NCBI GenBank assembly: GCA_905233985.1
Contig: CAJOFA010000006.1
Coordinates: forward strand, 3,295-67,294
Direction of reading: 5' to 3'
Source of the DNA: an uncultured Prevotella sp.
GTDB lineage: Bacteria; Bacteroidota; Bacteroidia; Bacteroidales; Bacteroidaceae
DNA length: 64,000 bases
The notes beneath the pieces are model-generated. The model did no database searches and had not been told where the DNA came from. It was given only the letters and a program-made list of their open reading frames with translations. Shown piece after piece: positions 19,138 through 29,524 of this stretch. Positions within the stretch are counted from its first letter, which is position 1. Every line of letters begins with the position of its first letter. A program made the translations under genes and the position numbers.

Positions 19138-20775
19138 ATGGAACAAACATTCGAAATGATTGCCAAAACTTTCATGGGTTTGGAACCCGTTTTGGCAAAA
19201 GAACTGACCGAGCTGGGGGCTAACGATGTACAGATTGGACGACGCATGGTGTCGTTTACGGGCGATAAGGAGATGATGTATCGCGCCAATTTCCAACTAC
19301 ACACCGCCATCCGTATTCTCAAACCTATCAAACACTTCAAGGCACGCTCGGCTGACGACGTGTACGAAGCAGTCAAGCAGATGGAGTGGAGCGAGTACCT
19401 CGGTACCGACAAGACCTTCGCTGTCGATTCTGTTGTATTCAGCGAGGAGTTCCGTCACTCGAAATTCGTTGCCTACAAAGTCAAGGATGCCATCGTTGAC
19501 CAACTGCGTGAGAAGACTGGCAAGCGTCCTAACATCAGCGTGGCCAACCCAGACATACGTCTCAACATACACATTGCCGAAGACAACTGCACGCTCAGCC
19601 TTGATTCCAGCGGCGAGTCCTTGCACCGTCGTGGCTATCGGCAGGAAAGCGTAGAGGCTCCCCTCAACGAAGTGCTGGCAGCCGGCATGATTCTGATGAC
19701 GGGCTGGAAAGGCGACACCGACTTCATTGACCCCATGTGCGGCAGCGGCACCCTGCTCATCGAGGCTGCCCTCATCGCCCGTAACATGGCACCGGGACTA
19801 TTCCGCAAGGAATATGCCTTCGAGAAGTGGGCCGACTTCGACCGAGAGCTCTTCGACGACATCTACAACGATGAGTCACAGGAACGAGAGTTCAACCACC
19901 ACATCTACGGCTATGACATCGACATCAAGGCAGTCAACACGGCACGCCTCAATGTCCGTGCCGCAGGGCTGACCAACAACATTACCGTCAACGAACAGGA
20001 CTTCAAGGACTTCACCCAGCCGCCGGCAAAGAGTATCATTGTCACCAATCCGCCCTATGGCGAGCGTATCTCCACGCCCGACCTGCTGGGCACCTACAAG
20101 ATGATTGGCGAGCGGTTGAAGCATCAGTTCCTCGGCGGTGACGCCTGGGTGCTCAGCTACCGCGAGGAGTGCTTCGAGCAGATAGGTCTGAAGCCCAGCA
20201 TCAAAATTCCGCTCTTTAACGGAAGTCTGGAGTGCGAGTTCCGCAAGTATCAGATTTTCGACGGCAAGCTACGTGATTTCCGCTCTGAAGGAGGTGTGGT
20301 AAAGACCGACGAAGAGAAGCGCCAGATGGCCGAGAAGCACCGTTTCAAGAAAGAACGTGAATTCAAGAAGCGCATCAGCGAGGAAGAGGAGAACGAGGAG
20401 CAAGACATCCGTTCGTTCAAGTTCCTTTCCCTGGAGCGCTTGGCTGAACGCGAAGCCCGTACCAAGGAGCGTGGAGCATGGAAAAAGGAGCAAGGGGCAA
20501 GAGGAAAGGGACAAGACGGCAACCGGGAATTCAAGAAAGGAGACCGAGAATTCAAGAGAGGTGACCGTGACTCCAAGAGAGGTGACCGTGACTCCAAGAG
20601 AGGTGACCGTGATTTCAAGAGAGGTGACCGTGATTTCAAGAAGGCCGGCAGAGACTTCAAGAAGGGAATACGTGATTTTAAGAAAGAAGGGCACGAGCGT
20701 TTCGACCGTAGCGGGAAGAACCGACGTGACTTCGGCAAGAATAACAGGAGATTTGAAGAAGATGATGAAGATTAA
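19138..20775 (+). CDS. rlmL: THUMP-domain 23S rRNA methyltransferase (RlmL-like) with charged repeat tail
   Basis: SLDSSGESLHRRGYR, DPMCGSGT, NPPYGER; ATG after TACCTTTG at 19110. Confidence 0.9.
   Translation: MEQTFEMIAKTFMGLEPVLAKELTELGANDVQIGRRMVSFTGDKEMMYRANFQLHTAIRILKPIKHFKARSADDVYEAVKQMEWSEYLGTDKTFAVDSVVFSEEFRHSKFVAYKVKDAIVDQLREKTGKRPNISVANPDIRLNIHIAEDNCTLSLDSSGESLHRRGYRQESVEAPLNEVLAAGMILMTGWKGDTDFIDPMCGSGTLLIEAALIARNMAPGLFRKEYAFEKWADFDRELFDDIYNDESQEREFNHHIYGYDIDIKAVNTARLNVRAAGLTNNITVNEQDFKDFTQPPAKSIIVTNPPYGERISTPDLLGTYKMIGERLKHQFLGGDAWVLSYREECFEQIGLKPSIKIPLFNGSLECEFRKYQIFDGKLRDFRSEGGVVKTDEEKRQMAEKHRFKKEREFKKRISEEEENEEQDIRSFKFLSLERLAEREARTKERGAWKKEQGARGKGQDGNREFKKGDREFKRGDRDSKRGDRDSKRGDRDFKRGDRDFKKAGRDFKKGIRDFKKEGHERFDRSGKNRRDFGKNNRRFEEDDED
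20521..20690 (+). repeat. 21-bp coding tandem repeat (R[ED][FS]K[KR]GD) x ~8
   Basis: TYCAAGAGAGGTGACCGTGA[C/T]-like units. Confidence 0.9.
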
Positions 20776-22912
20776 CCAGCAGAAGTGCGTCCAGCTCGTC
20801 ATGGTTGCCGCACTCACCTTATTCACATTCTGTCCACAACCTATGGCAGCACAGAAGAAAAAGTTTTCACTCGAACAAATCGGTTACGGAGGCAACCAGC
20901 TCCTGCGGGGCGACTACCTCTGGACCACCTGGTGGGGCGACCAGCTGATGTATCTCGACGTCTCCGACGGCGGTATGCTTGACGAGAATGGCAGTCGCAC
21001 CAAGCTTTTTAGTGTCAAAGACATCAAAGGGAACTGGTATGCCGCCTACGAAGCCTCATACCCCTACCCCAACGAGACACTCGTCAAGCTCGACAACGGA
21101 CATGAGCGTATTCTCTTTGACTGGCAGAAGAAAGAGACTGTATGGACACAGACCTCTCAGGACGAGGAGCACAGCGACTGGAACGCCAAGTCACGTAACG
21201 TGGCCTACGTCAAAAATCATCAGCTTTATGTGCGTACTGCCGCCAACGAGGAGCGCCAGCTCACCACCGACGGCAGCCGTGAGATAGTCTATGGACAGAG
21301 CGTACACCGCAATGAGTTCGGCATCGATAAAGGCACCTTCTGGAGCCCCGACGGACAGCGTCTCGCCTTCTACCGCATGGACCAGTCGATGGTGACTGAC
21401 TACCCGCAGGTAGATATCAACAGCCGTTGCGCTTCCTACGAGCCCGACAAATACCCGATGGCAGGAGAGACCAGCCATCAGGTCACCGTCGGCATCTATG
21501 ACGTACAGTCAGGAAAAACGGTCTATCTGCAGGCCGGCGACCCGACAGACCGCTACTTCACCAACATTGCCTGGAGTCCTGACAGCAAGACCGTCTATAT
21601 GTTCGAGCTCAATCGCGACCAAAACGACTGCCAGCTTGTCAGCTACAATGCCACGACAGGCCAGCGCCTTGCCATGCTCGACGAAGAGAAGAGCGAGAAA
21701 TACGTGGAGCCTCTCCACCCCATTCAGTTCCTGCCCTGGGATGCCGACAAGTTTATTATGCAGAGCCAACGCGACGGCTATAATCACCTATACCTATATA
21801 ATAAGGAAGGGAAACAGCTGCGTCAGCTCACGAAGGGAAACTTTGTCGTCATGGAGGTGCTGGGCTTTAACGAAAAAGAGAAGAGCATCATCATCAAGGC
21901 CAACATCAACCATCCGCTGTACCATAACCTGTTCTGTGTCGATGTGAAGTCAGGTAAGTACACACCCCTCGACAACGGACTGGGCGTCCACTATGGAGAG
22001 CTCTCGGCCAGCGGTCAGAAGATTGTCGATACGAACATGGCTCCCGACGTGCCACGTAAAGTGGACCTCATCAACATCAACAAGGGCAAGGCGCAGACCG
22101 TCAACCTGCTGACCTCACGCGACCCTTGGGAAGGCTACGAGATACCGCAGTTCGAAAGTGGTAGCATCAAGGCTGCCGATGGCGTCACCGACCTCTACTA
22201 CCGACTGGTAAAACCCGCCGACTTCGACCCCACCAAGAAATACCCCACCGTCATCTACGTCTATGGTGGCCCGCATGCCAATAATGTCGAGGCATCTTGG
22301 CACTGGGGCTCACGTCCCTGGGAGACCTATATGGCACAGAAAGGCTACGTGCTGTTCATCCTCGACAACCGAGGCTCACAATATCGTGGACGCGACTTCG
22401 AACAAGTCACCTTCCGTCAGCTCGGACAGGTCGAGATGCTTGACCAGATGGAGGGCGTTAAGTTCCTCAAGAGCCAGCCTTACGTTGACGCCGACAGAAT
22501 CGGTGTGCACGGCTGGTCATTTGGTGGCTTCATGACGGTTTCGCTCATGCTCAACTATCCCGATGTGTTCAAGGTCGGCGTAGCTGGTGGACCTGTCATC
22601 GACTGGAAATGGTATGAGGTGATGTACGGTGAGCGTTACATGGACACACCGCAGACCAACCCCGAAGGCTATGAAAAGACCAGCCTCATCAACAAGGCAG
22701 GAGACCTTAAAGGCAAGCTGCAGATTATCTCAGGCTACAACGACAATATCGTCGTGCCGCAGCACTGCCTATCATTCCTGAAAGCCTGCATCGATGCCGG
22801 CACACAGCCCGATTTCTTCTTCTATCCCGAAGAAGAGCACAATATGCGCGGCCACCGCAGCATCCACCTGCACGAACGCATCACACAGTACTTCGAAGAC
22901 TATCTGAAATAA
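20762..22912 (+). CDS. S9B prolyl oligopeptidase (DPP-IV / prolyl tripeptidyl peptidase family)
   Basis: GWSFGG nucleophile elbow, WSPDG repeats, YGERYMDTP. Confidence 0.92.
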   Translation: MMKINQQKCVQLVMVAALTLFTFCPQPMAAQKKKFSLEQIGYGGNQLLRGDYLWTTWWGDQLMYLDVSDGGMLDENGSRTKLFSVKDIKGNWYAAYEASYPYPNETLVKLDNGHERILFDWQKKETVWTQTSQDEEHSDWNAKSRNVAYVKNHQLYVRTAANEERQLTTDGSREIVYGQSVHRNEFGIDKGTFWSPDGQRLAFYRMDQSMVTDYPQVDINSRCASYEPDKYPMAGETSHQVTVGIYDVQSGKTVYLQAGDPTDRYFTNIAWSPDSKTVYMFELNRDQNDCQLVSYNATTGQRLAMLDEEKSEKYVEPLHPIQFLPWDADKFIMQSQRDGYNHLYLYNKEGKQLRQLTKGNFVVMEVLGFNEKEKSIIIKANINHPLYHNLFCVDVKSGKYTPLDNGLGVHYGELSASGQKIVDTNMAPDVPRKVDLININKGKAQTVNLLTSRDPWEGYEIPQFESGSIKAADGVTDLYYRLVKPADFDPTKKYPTVIYVYGGPHANNVEASWHWGSRPWETYMAQKGYVLFILDNRGSQYRGRDFEQVTFRQLGQVEMLDQMEGVKFLKSQPYVDADRIGVHGWSFGGFMTVSLMLNYPDVFKVGVAGGPVIDWKWYEVMYGERYMDTPQTNPEGYEKTSLINKAGDLKGKLQIISGYNDNIVVPQHCLSFLKACIDAGTQPDFFFYPEEEHNMRGHRSIHLHERITQYFEDYLK

Positions 22913-22953
22913 AATACTTTGCACCCAAATTTGTAAATAAACGGAAAAGAACA

Positions 22954-24222
22954 ATGAAGATATTACTCTTAGGCAGTGGCGGACGCGAGCACGCACTGGC
23001 ATGGAAAATAGCTCAAAGCAACAAATGTGAGAAACTCTATATTGCCCCAGGCAATGCCGGAACGGGGAATGTGGGTGAGAATGTCAATATGAAGGCTGAC
23101 AACTTCGAAGCCGTCAAGCAGTTCTGTGTGGACAAGGAGATTGGCATGGTGGTAGTAGGCCCCGAGGACCCATTGGTAAAAGGTATCTACGACGACCTTC
23201 AGGCTGACCCGCGGACAAAGCATATCCCCGTCATTGGCCCATCGAAGGCCGGTGCCGTGCTGGAAGGCAGCAAGGACTTCGCCAAGGCGTTTATGGTGCG
23301 CCACAACATCCCGACGGCATGCTATGAAACGTTTGACGGTGAGCATCTGGAAGAAGGACTCCAGTTCCTTGAGACCTTAGAAGCTCCCTACGTGCTGAAA
23401 GCTGACGGACTGTGTGCCGGCAAGGGGGTGCTTATCCTGCCGACGCTGGACGAGGCGAAGAAGGAGCTACGTGAGATGCTGAGCGGCATGTTTGGCAATG
23501 CCAGTAGCCGTGTGGTCATCGAGGAGTTCATGAGCGGTATCGAGTGCTCGGTGTTCGTGCTGACAGATGGTGAACACTATCAGATTCTGCCCGAGGCGAA
23601 GGACTACAAGCGCATCGGCGAAGGTGACACAGGTCTGAACACCGGCGGCATGGGTAGCGTCAGTCCGGTACCCTTTGCCACGAAGGAGTGGATGAAGAAG
23701 GTGGAGGACCGCATCATCAGCCCCACCGTCAACGGACTCCGCAAAGAGGGCATCGACTACAAGGGTTTCATCTTCTTCGGACTCATCAATGTGAAGGGTG
23801 AGCCGAAAGTCATCGAATACAACTGCCGCATGGGTGACCCCGAGACTGAAACGGTGATGCTGAGACTAAAAACAGATATAGTGGAGCTGTTCGAGGGTGT
23901 GGCCAAGGGTAATCTCGACCAGTACCAAGTAGAGTTTGACGAGCGTGCCGCAGTATGCGTCATGTTAGTCAGCGGGGGCTATCCCGAGGCATATAAGAAG
24001 GGATATGAAATTACGGGAACTGACCAAGTGGTGGGTAGCATTGTCTTCCATGCTGGTACGGCATTGAAGGAAGGACAGGTGGTCACCAACGGCGGACGTG
24101 TCATCGCCGTCTCGTCCTATGGAAAAGACAAAGCAGAGGCGCTGCAGAAGTCGTTTACTGAAGCTCAGAAGATTCAGTTCACTGATAAATACTTCCGTCG
24201 CGACATCGGAGCGGACCTTTAA
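22954..24222 (+). CDS. purD: Phosphoribosylamine-glycine ligase
   Basis: [38 protein letters not shown]. Confidence 0.97.
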   Translation: MKILLLGSGGREHALAWKIAQSNKCEKLYIAPGNAGTGNVGENVNMKADNFEAVKQFCVDKEIGMVVVGPEDPLVKGIYDDLQADPRTKHIPVIGPSKAGAVLEGSKDFAKAFMVRHNIPTACYETFDGEHLEEGLQFLETLEAPYVLKADGLCAGKGVLILPTLDEAKKELREMLSGMFGNASSRVVIEEFMSGIECSVFVLTDGEHYQILPEAKDYKRIGEGDTGLNTGGMGSVSPVPFATKEWMKKVEDRIISPTVNGLRKEGIDYKGFIFFGLINVKGEPKVIEYNCRMGDPETETVMLRLKTDIVELFEGVAKGNLDQYQVEFDERAAVCVMLVSGGYPEAYKKGYEITGTDQVVGSIVFHAGTALKEGQVVTNGGRVIAVSSYGKDKAEALQKSFTEAQKIQFTDKYFRRDIGADL

Positions 24223-24259
24223 TTAAAGGAGCAAGGGGCAAGGAGCAAGAAGTAAAGAG

Positions 24260-25186
24260 ATGAAGTTTTTGCAGAACACGGTTTCTGAGAGTCGCATGGC
24301 GCTGCCTTGTACGGCAGTGTATGCCATTTGTATATGGCTGCTGGCGGGGCTGCTGCAGGAGAACTGGTGGATTCAGTTTGCCATTTTTGCCGTGTGTACC
24401 TATCTGATGGTAGAGCTGAACAATGCCAATGCGCTGCTCCGCATATACTCACGCATGGTCAGCTGCACGTTCCTCGTGCTGTCATGTACGGCGTGCTTCA
24501 TGTTCGGTTCCCTGTCGGGGGCCGTGACGGAGCTGTGCATCATTGCGTCTTACTATACCCTCTTCCACTCCTATCAGGACAAACGGGCCACGGGCTGGAC
24601 ATACTACACGTTCTTGCTCCTCGGACTAAGCAGTATGGTATGTGTGCATATCGTGTTCTTCCTGCCTCTACTATGGCTGCTGATGGCGTCCAAGATTCAG
24701 TCGCTGTCGTGGCGCGCGTTCTTTGCGTCCCTGCTGGGCTTGACGACACCTTATTGGTTTGCAGGGGTTTACTTTATCTTCACGGAGGACTATGAGACGC
24801 CAATGGGACACTTCTCGAAGCTGGGTGAGTTTGGCATACCCTTTGACTTCAGCCAACTAAGCGTTCCCCAGCTCATCGTATATGTCTTCATGTTCGTGCT
24901 GGCGTTGACGGGCATCATTCATTACATCCGCACTCGCTACCGGGACAAGATACGTATCCGTATGTTGTTCGACTGTTTCATTTTCACCGACCTGCTGACG
25001 TTCCTCCTGCTCGCCCTGCAGCCTCAGCACTACGACATGCTGATGCGTCTCATCATCATCAATACCAGTCCGCTGCTGGCCCACTTCATTGCACTGACAC
25101 ATACCCGCTGGACCAACATCGCGTTCTATGTCATCACCGTTGCGGCACTCATCGTTACGGCACTATGCTTATTTAATATTTCCTAA
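24260..25186 (+). CDS. Polytopic membrane protein
   Basis: Multiple hydrophobic segments; directly downstream of purD. Confidence 0.75.
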   Translation: MKFLQNTVSESRMALPCTAVYAICIWLLAGLLQENWWIQFAIFAVCTYLMVELNNANALLRIYSRMVSCTFLVLSCTACFMFGSLSGAVTELCIIASYYTLFHSYQDKRATGWTYYTFLLLGLSSMVCVHIVFFLPLLWLLMASKIQSLSWRAFFASLLGLTTPYWFAGVYFIFTEDYETPMGHFSKLGEFGIPFDFSQLSVPQLIVYVFMFVLALTGIIHYIRTRYRDKIRIRMLFDCFIFTDLLTFLLLALQPQHYDMLMRLIIINTSPLLAHFIALTHTRWTNIAFYVITVAALIVTALCLFNIS

Positions 25187-25224
25187 TTTATTTTGTGTTT
25201 CGCTCGGTTTGCACTACCTTTGCA
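25184..25224 (+). promoter_or_regulatory. Repeated promoter module, copy 2
   Basis: 37/41 identical to 16021-16061; contains TACCTTTG. Confidence 0.7.
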
Positions 25225-25254
25225 CATTATTTATAAATAACAACCCAAAAAGTA

Positions 25255-28200
25255 ATGAAACAATACAGATTGGTGGACAACGTGCTGGGCTGGCTGACCT
25301 TTCTCATAGCCGCCTTTGTCTATTGCTCCACAATTGAGCCGACAGCCTCGTTCTGGGACTGCCCTGAATTTATTTCCACAGGCTACAAACTCGAAGTAGG
25401 ACACCCCCCCGGCGCGCCGTTCTTCATGCTTACAGCCAATCTTTTCTCTCAGTTTGTCAGCGACCCGAGCAACGTGGCCCGTATGGTAAACATCATGAGT
25501 GCGTTGCTCTCGGCAGCCACCATCCTGTTCCTGTTCTGGACCATTACCCACCTGGTGCGCCGCCTGCTCATTGACAACTGGGAGGAGCTGACGACCGCCA
25601 AACTCATTGCCATCGAAGCATCGGGACTGGTGGGAGCGCTTATCTATACATTCAGCGACACGTTCTGGTTCTCTGCCGTCGAAGGTGAGGTATATGCCTA
25701 TTCGTCGGCGTTCACCGCTGTAGTGTTCTGGCTCATACTGAAATGGGAAGACCAGGCAGACCAGCCCCATGCTGACCGCTGGCTGGTACTGATATTCTAC
25801 ATGACGGGCCTCAGCATCGGCGTTCACCTGCTGAACCTGCTCTGTCTGCCTGCCATCGTGCTCGTGTGGTACTACCGCCGCTACCAGAACCAAGACCCGA
25901 AGAAAGACCTGCGTGGCTCGCTGATTGCCCTGGGCATCTCGATAGTCATTCTGGCAGCCGTACTCTATGGTGTCGTGCCGGGCATCGTACGTGTGGGAGG
26001 ATGGTTTGAACTGTTCTTCGTCAACACCCTCGGCTGTCCGTTCAATACGGGTGAGATTATTTACATGGTGCTGCTGACAGGCATCATCATCTGGGCTATC
26101 TGGGAGACCTACACCGACCGCAGCTCTCTGCGTCAGAACCTGGCGTTCACGCTGTCTGTCGGCATGTTGGGCATCCCGTTCTTCGGGCACGGATGGCTGT
26201 CAACACTCACCGGTATCTTGGTACTCGTCGTGCTTTTCGTCCTGCTGCAGTACAAGCGCAGCAACAAACCGCTGATTTCTACCCGCATCAAGAACACATC
26301 GCTGCTCTGCATGCTGATGCTGATGATCGGCTACTCGTCGTATGCCGTCATCGTGATACGTTCGGTGGCTAATCCCCCGATGGACCAGAACTCTCCCGAG
26401 AACTTCTTCCAGCTGGCAGAATACATGGGACGTGAACAGTACGGGCAGTACCCGTTGTTCTACGGACAGGCTTACACGTCGCAGGTGGAGCTGAAGCAGG
26501 AAGGCAACTACTGCCGCCCTGTAGTCAAGGAGGGAGCCCCCGTCTATAACAAGAAGGAGAAGAAGTCGGCCGACGAGCCCGACGAGTACGAAATCGTACA
26601 AACGAAGGACAAGTACGTCTATGCTCAAAACATGTTCTTCCCCCGCATGTGGGATGCCGGTCATGCCCGCTCTTACGAGCAGTGGATGAACGGTGTGGAC
26701 GGTACGGAGGTGCCCTACGACCGCTGCGGTGAGGACATCATGGTGAAGGTGCCGTCGCAGATTGACAACATCTGGTTCTTCATCACCTACCAGTGTAACT
26801 TCATGTACTGGCGTTACTTCATGTGGAACTTCGCCGGTCGCCAGAACGACATTCAAGGCAACGGCGAGCTGGAGCACGGCAACTGGATAACGGGTATTCC
26901 GTTCATCGACAACGCCCGTCTGGGCGACCAGGACCTGCTGCCCGACGAGCTGAAGGAGAACAAGGGACACAACGTGTTCTATTGTCTGCCGCTGATTCTC
27001 GGATTCATCGGTCTGCTGTGGCAGTCGCTCATGCGTCAGCAGAAGGGCATACGCCAGTTCTGGGTGGTGTTCTTCCTGTTCTTCATGACCGGTCTTGCCA
27101 TCGTCATCTACCTGAACCAGACGCCTAACCAGCCACGTGAGCGTGACTATGCCTATGCCGGTTCGTTCTATGCCTACGCCATCTGGTGCGGCATGGGTGT
27201 CGTGGCGCTGTGGGACATCCTGCGCCGACTGCTGAAGAAAGTGAACCCCGCCGTCATCGCTGCCGCCGTCTCTGTACTGGCCATCGTGATTCCTATCCAG
27301 ATGGCGTCACAGACATGGGACGACCATGACCGTAGCGGACGCTATACCTGCCGTGACTTCGGACAGAACTACCTGATGTCGCTACAGGACGAAGGATTCC
27401 CGATCGTGTTCACCAACGGCGACAACGACACCTTCCCGTTGTGGTATAACCAGGATGTGGAGGGTGTGCGTACCGATGCCCGAGTCTGTAACCTCAGCTA
27501 TCTGCAGACCGACTGGTACATCGACCAGATGCGGCGTCCGGCTTACGACTCACCAGGCTCCCCCAGCGTGCCTATTGAATGGCCGCGCTATGACTATGCC
27601 GGACGTGCCAACGACATGGTACAGGTTTATCCTGAGCTGAAAACGCTCATCAGCAATGTCTATCAGGACTACCCCGAACAGGCACGTGAGCTGTTCGGCG
27701 ACGAGCCGTTCGAACTCAGCAATGTGCTGAAGTACTGGGTACGCAATGACGTTTCTCCGAAGCAGCGTGAGGTGATGCAGCTCCTGCTGGGCAACGACAA
27801 CCTGCATGTCATTCCCACCGACACGCTCTATATGACCATCGACAAGGAGAAGGTGCGCAAGAGCGGCATGAAGATTCCCTATGACTCCATCCCCGACAAG
27901 ATGGTCATCTCACTCAAGGGCCACAACGCGCTCTACAAGAACGACCTCATGATGCTCGAGATGGTGGCCAAGTGTAACTGGACACGTCCTATTTACGTCG
28001 CCATGACCGTAGGAAGCGACAACTACATGAACCTCGGCTACAACTTCATTCAGGAAGGTCTGCTGAACCGCATCACGCCGTTCACCACGGTCAAGGATGA
28101 CGAGTACGGTATGCCGAGCCCTGTTTCTCTCGGCAGCAATTTCGATACGGAGAGGACCTATCAATGTCTGATGGAGCGCTTCAAATACGGCGGACTGGAA

Positions 28201-28884
28201 GTGCCGGGACTCTATCTCGATGAGACCGTCATGCGTATGTGCTTCACGCACCGCCGCATCTTCGCACAGCTGGCCGCCCAGCTCATCTCCGAAGGCAATA
28301 AACTGGAGCAAGAAGGCAAGGCCGACGAAGCAAAGGCCAGCTTCGACAAGGCCGCCAAGGTATTGGCACGCTACGAAAAAGTGCTGCCGCTCAGCAATGT
28401 CCGTGAGGACTATATGTCCGGCTCTGCCGACATAGCACGCTCCTATGCCGCTCTGGGCAACAAGGAGATGGCGATGCTGCACGTCAAGGAGCTGTGGAAG
28501 AAGTACTCACAGTATCTCAACTGGTACTATAACCTGAGCGACCGCTATTGGTTCCTGTCGTCACAGCTGGAGATTTCCGAGGCGCTGAAAGCCCTGTTGA
28601 GCACCAGCGACATCGCTGCCAGCATCGACCCCAACTGGGCGAAGGACATGAAGGCGATGGAGTTCATCAACCCCATCTGGAAGCAGTCCGTTGCAACGCT
28701 CCGTGCCGACCTGGGCAGCACGAACTTCATGGATAGCCAGGAAGAGATTTCACTCCACTTCTATATCCTCAAGCGACTGGCACTCATCGTACGTGATGCC
28801 AACGACCCGGAACTCAGCACGAAGTATGGCGAGATGAATATGATTATCAAGCAGCTCGAGGACATGGGATATCAGGTGGATTAA
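25255..28884 (+). CDS. DUF2723 GT-C membrane glycosyltransferase
   Basis: SFWDCPEFI, VGHPPGAP, FWFSAVEGEVY, RERDYAY, TNGDNDTFPLWY. Confidence 0.9.
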   Translation: MKQYRLVDNVLGWLTFLIAAFVYCSTIEPTASFWDCPEFISTGYKLEVGHPPGAPFFMLTANLFSQFVSDPSNVARMVNIMSALLSAATILFLFWTITHLVRRLLIDNWEELTTAKLIAIEASGLVGALIYTFSDTFWFSAVEGEVYAYSSAFTAVVFWLILKWEDQADQPHADRWLVLIFYMTGLSIGVHLLNLLCLPAIVLVWYYRRYQNQDPKKDLRGSLIALGISIVILAAVLYGVVPGIVRVGGWFELFFVNTLGCPFNTGEIIYMVLLTGIIIWAIWETYTDRSSLRQNLAFTLSVGMLGIPFFGHGWLSTLTGILVLVVLFVLLQYKRSNKPLISTRIKNTSLLCMLMLMIGYSSYAVIVIRSVANPPMDQNSPENFFQLAEYMGREQYGQYPLFYGQAYTSQVELKQEGNYCRPVVKEGAPVYNKKEKKSADEPDEYEIVQTKDKYVYAQNMFFPRMWDAGHARSYEQWMNGVDGTEVPYDRCGEDIMVKVPSQIDNIWFFITYQCNFMYWRYFMWNFAGRQNDIQGNGELEHGNWITGIPFIDNARLGDQDLLPDELKENKGHNVFYCLPLILGFIGLLWQSLMRQQKGIRQFWVVFFLFFMTGLAIVIYLNQTPNQPRERDYAYAGSFYAYAIWCGMGVVALWDILRRLLKKVNPAVIAAAVSVLAIVIPIQMASQTWDDHDRSGRYTCRDFGQNYLMSLQDEGFPIVFTNGDNDTFPLWYNQDVEGVRTDARVCNLSYLQTDWYIDQMRRPAYDSPGSPSVPIEWPRYDYAGRANDMVQVYPELKTLISNVYQDYPEQARELFGDEPFELSNVLKYWVRNDVSPKQREVMQLLLGNDNLHVIPTDTLYMTIDKEKVRKSGMKIPYDSIPDKMVISLKGHNALYKNDLMMLEMVAKCNWTRPIYVAMTVGSDNYMNLGYNFIQEGLLNRITPFTTVKDDEYGMPSPVSLGSNFDTERTYQCLMERFKYGGLEVPGLYLDETVMRMCFTHRRIFAQLAAQLISEGNKLEQEGKADEAKASFDKAAKVLARYEKVLPLSNVREDYMSGSADIARSYAALGNKEMAMLHVKELWKKYSQYLNWYYNLSDRYWFLSSQLEISEALKALLSTSDIAASIDPNWAKDMKAMEFINPIWKQSVATLRADLGSTNFMDSQEEISLHFYILKRLALIVRDANDPELSTKYGEMNMIIKQLEDMGYQVD

Positions 28885-28899
28885 AGTTCTGCATACACG

Positions 28900-29511
28900 A
28901 TGCTCATAGAACAACCGACCGCATTTCTGCGATGGATATTCCCACAGGCACTCTGGCGAATGGACGCGTCGGAAAAGGCAGTCTATCTGACCTTTGACGA
29001 CGGGCCCATTCCCGAAGCCACACCGTTTATCCTTGACACGCTGCGTGAGTTCGGCATCAGGGCAACGTTCTTCATGGTGGGCGACAACGTCAGGAAATAT
29101 CCCGAGCTCTTTGAGCGCATCGTGGCAGAAGGCCATCAGATAGGCAACCACACGTTCAACCATCTCGGCGCTTTCAAGCACTGGGTTTCCACCTATCTCA
29201 TCAATACACAAAAAGCCAACGAACTCATCCATGCCCACCTCTTCCGTCCTCCTCATGGACTGATGCGCTGGAGCGAATACTACTGGCTGAAGAAGAATTA
29301 CAAGATTGTGATGTGGGACCTGGTGACGCGCGACTACTCCAAGTGGCTGAGTGCCGAGGACGTGCTCAACAACGTGAAGCGCTATGCCCGCAACGGCAGC
29401 ATCATCACCTTCCACGACTCGCTGAAGAGCATCGACAAGCTGCGCTATGCCTTGCCGGAGTCCATCAAATGGCTGCGACAGCAAGGCTACGAATTCCGCA
29501 CCTTCGAATAG
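28900..29511 (+). CDS. Polysaccharide deacetylase (CE4)
   Basis: TFDDGP, GNHTFNH, FRPPHG, FHD. Confidence 0.92.
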   Translation: MLIEQPTAFLRWIFPQALWRMDASEKAVYLTFDDGPIPEATPFILDTLREFGIRATFFMVGDNVRKYPELFERIVAEGHQIGNHTFNHLGAFKHWVSTYLINTQKANELIHAHLFRPPHGLMRWSEYYWLKKNYKIVMWDLVTRDYSKWLSAEDVLNNVKRYARNGSIITFHDSLKSIDKLRYALPESIKWLRQQGYEFRTFE

Positions 29512-29524
29512 TTTAACCTGTAGC

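Noticed and set aside
18586-19296. Apparent overlap of the 729-aa rlmL ORF and the 507-aa kinase ORF
   Set aside because: Artefact of longest-ORF calling; plausible starts are 19138 (+) and 19020 (-), with an AT-rich promoter region between.
20357-20761. N-terminal extension of the S9 peptidase with REVTVTP repeats
   Set aside because: Alternative frame of the rlmL 21-bp repeat; the signal peptide starts at 20762.
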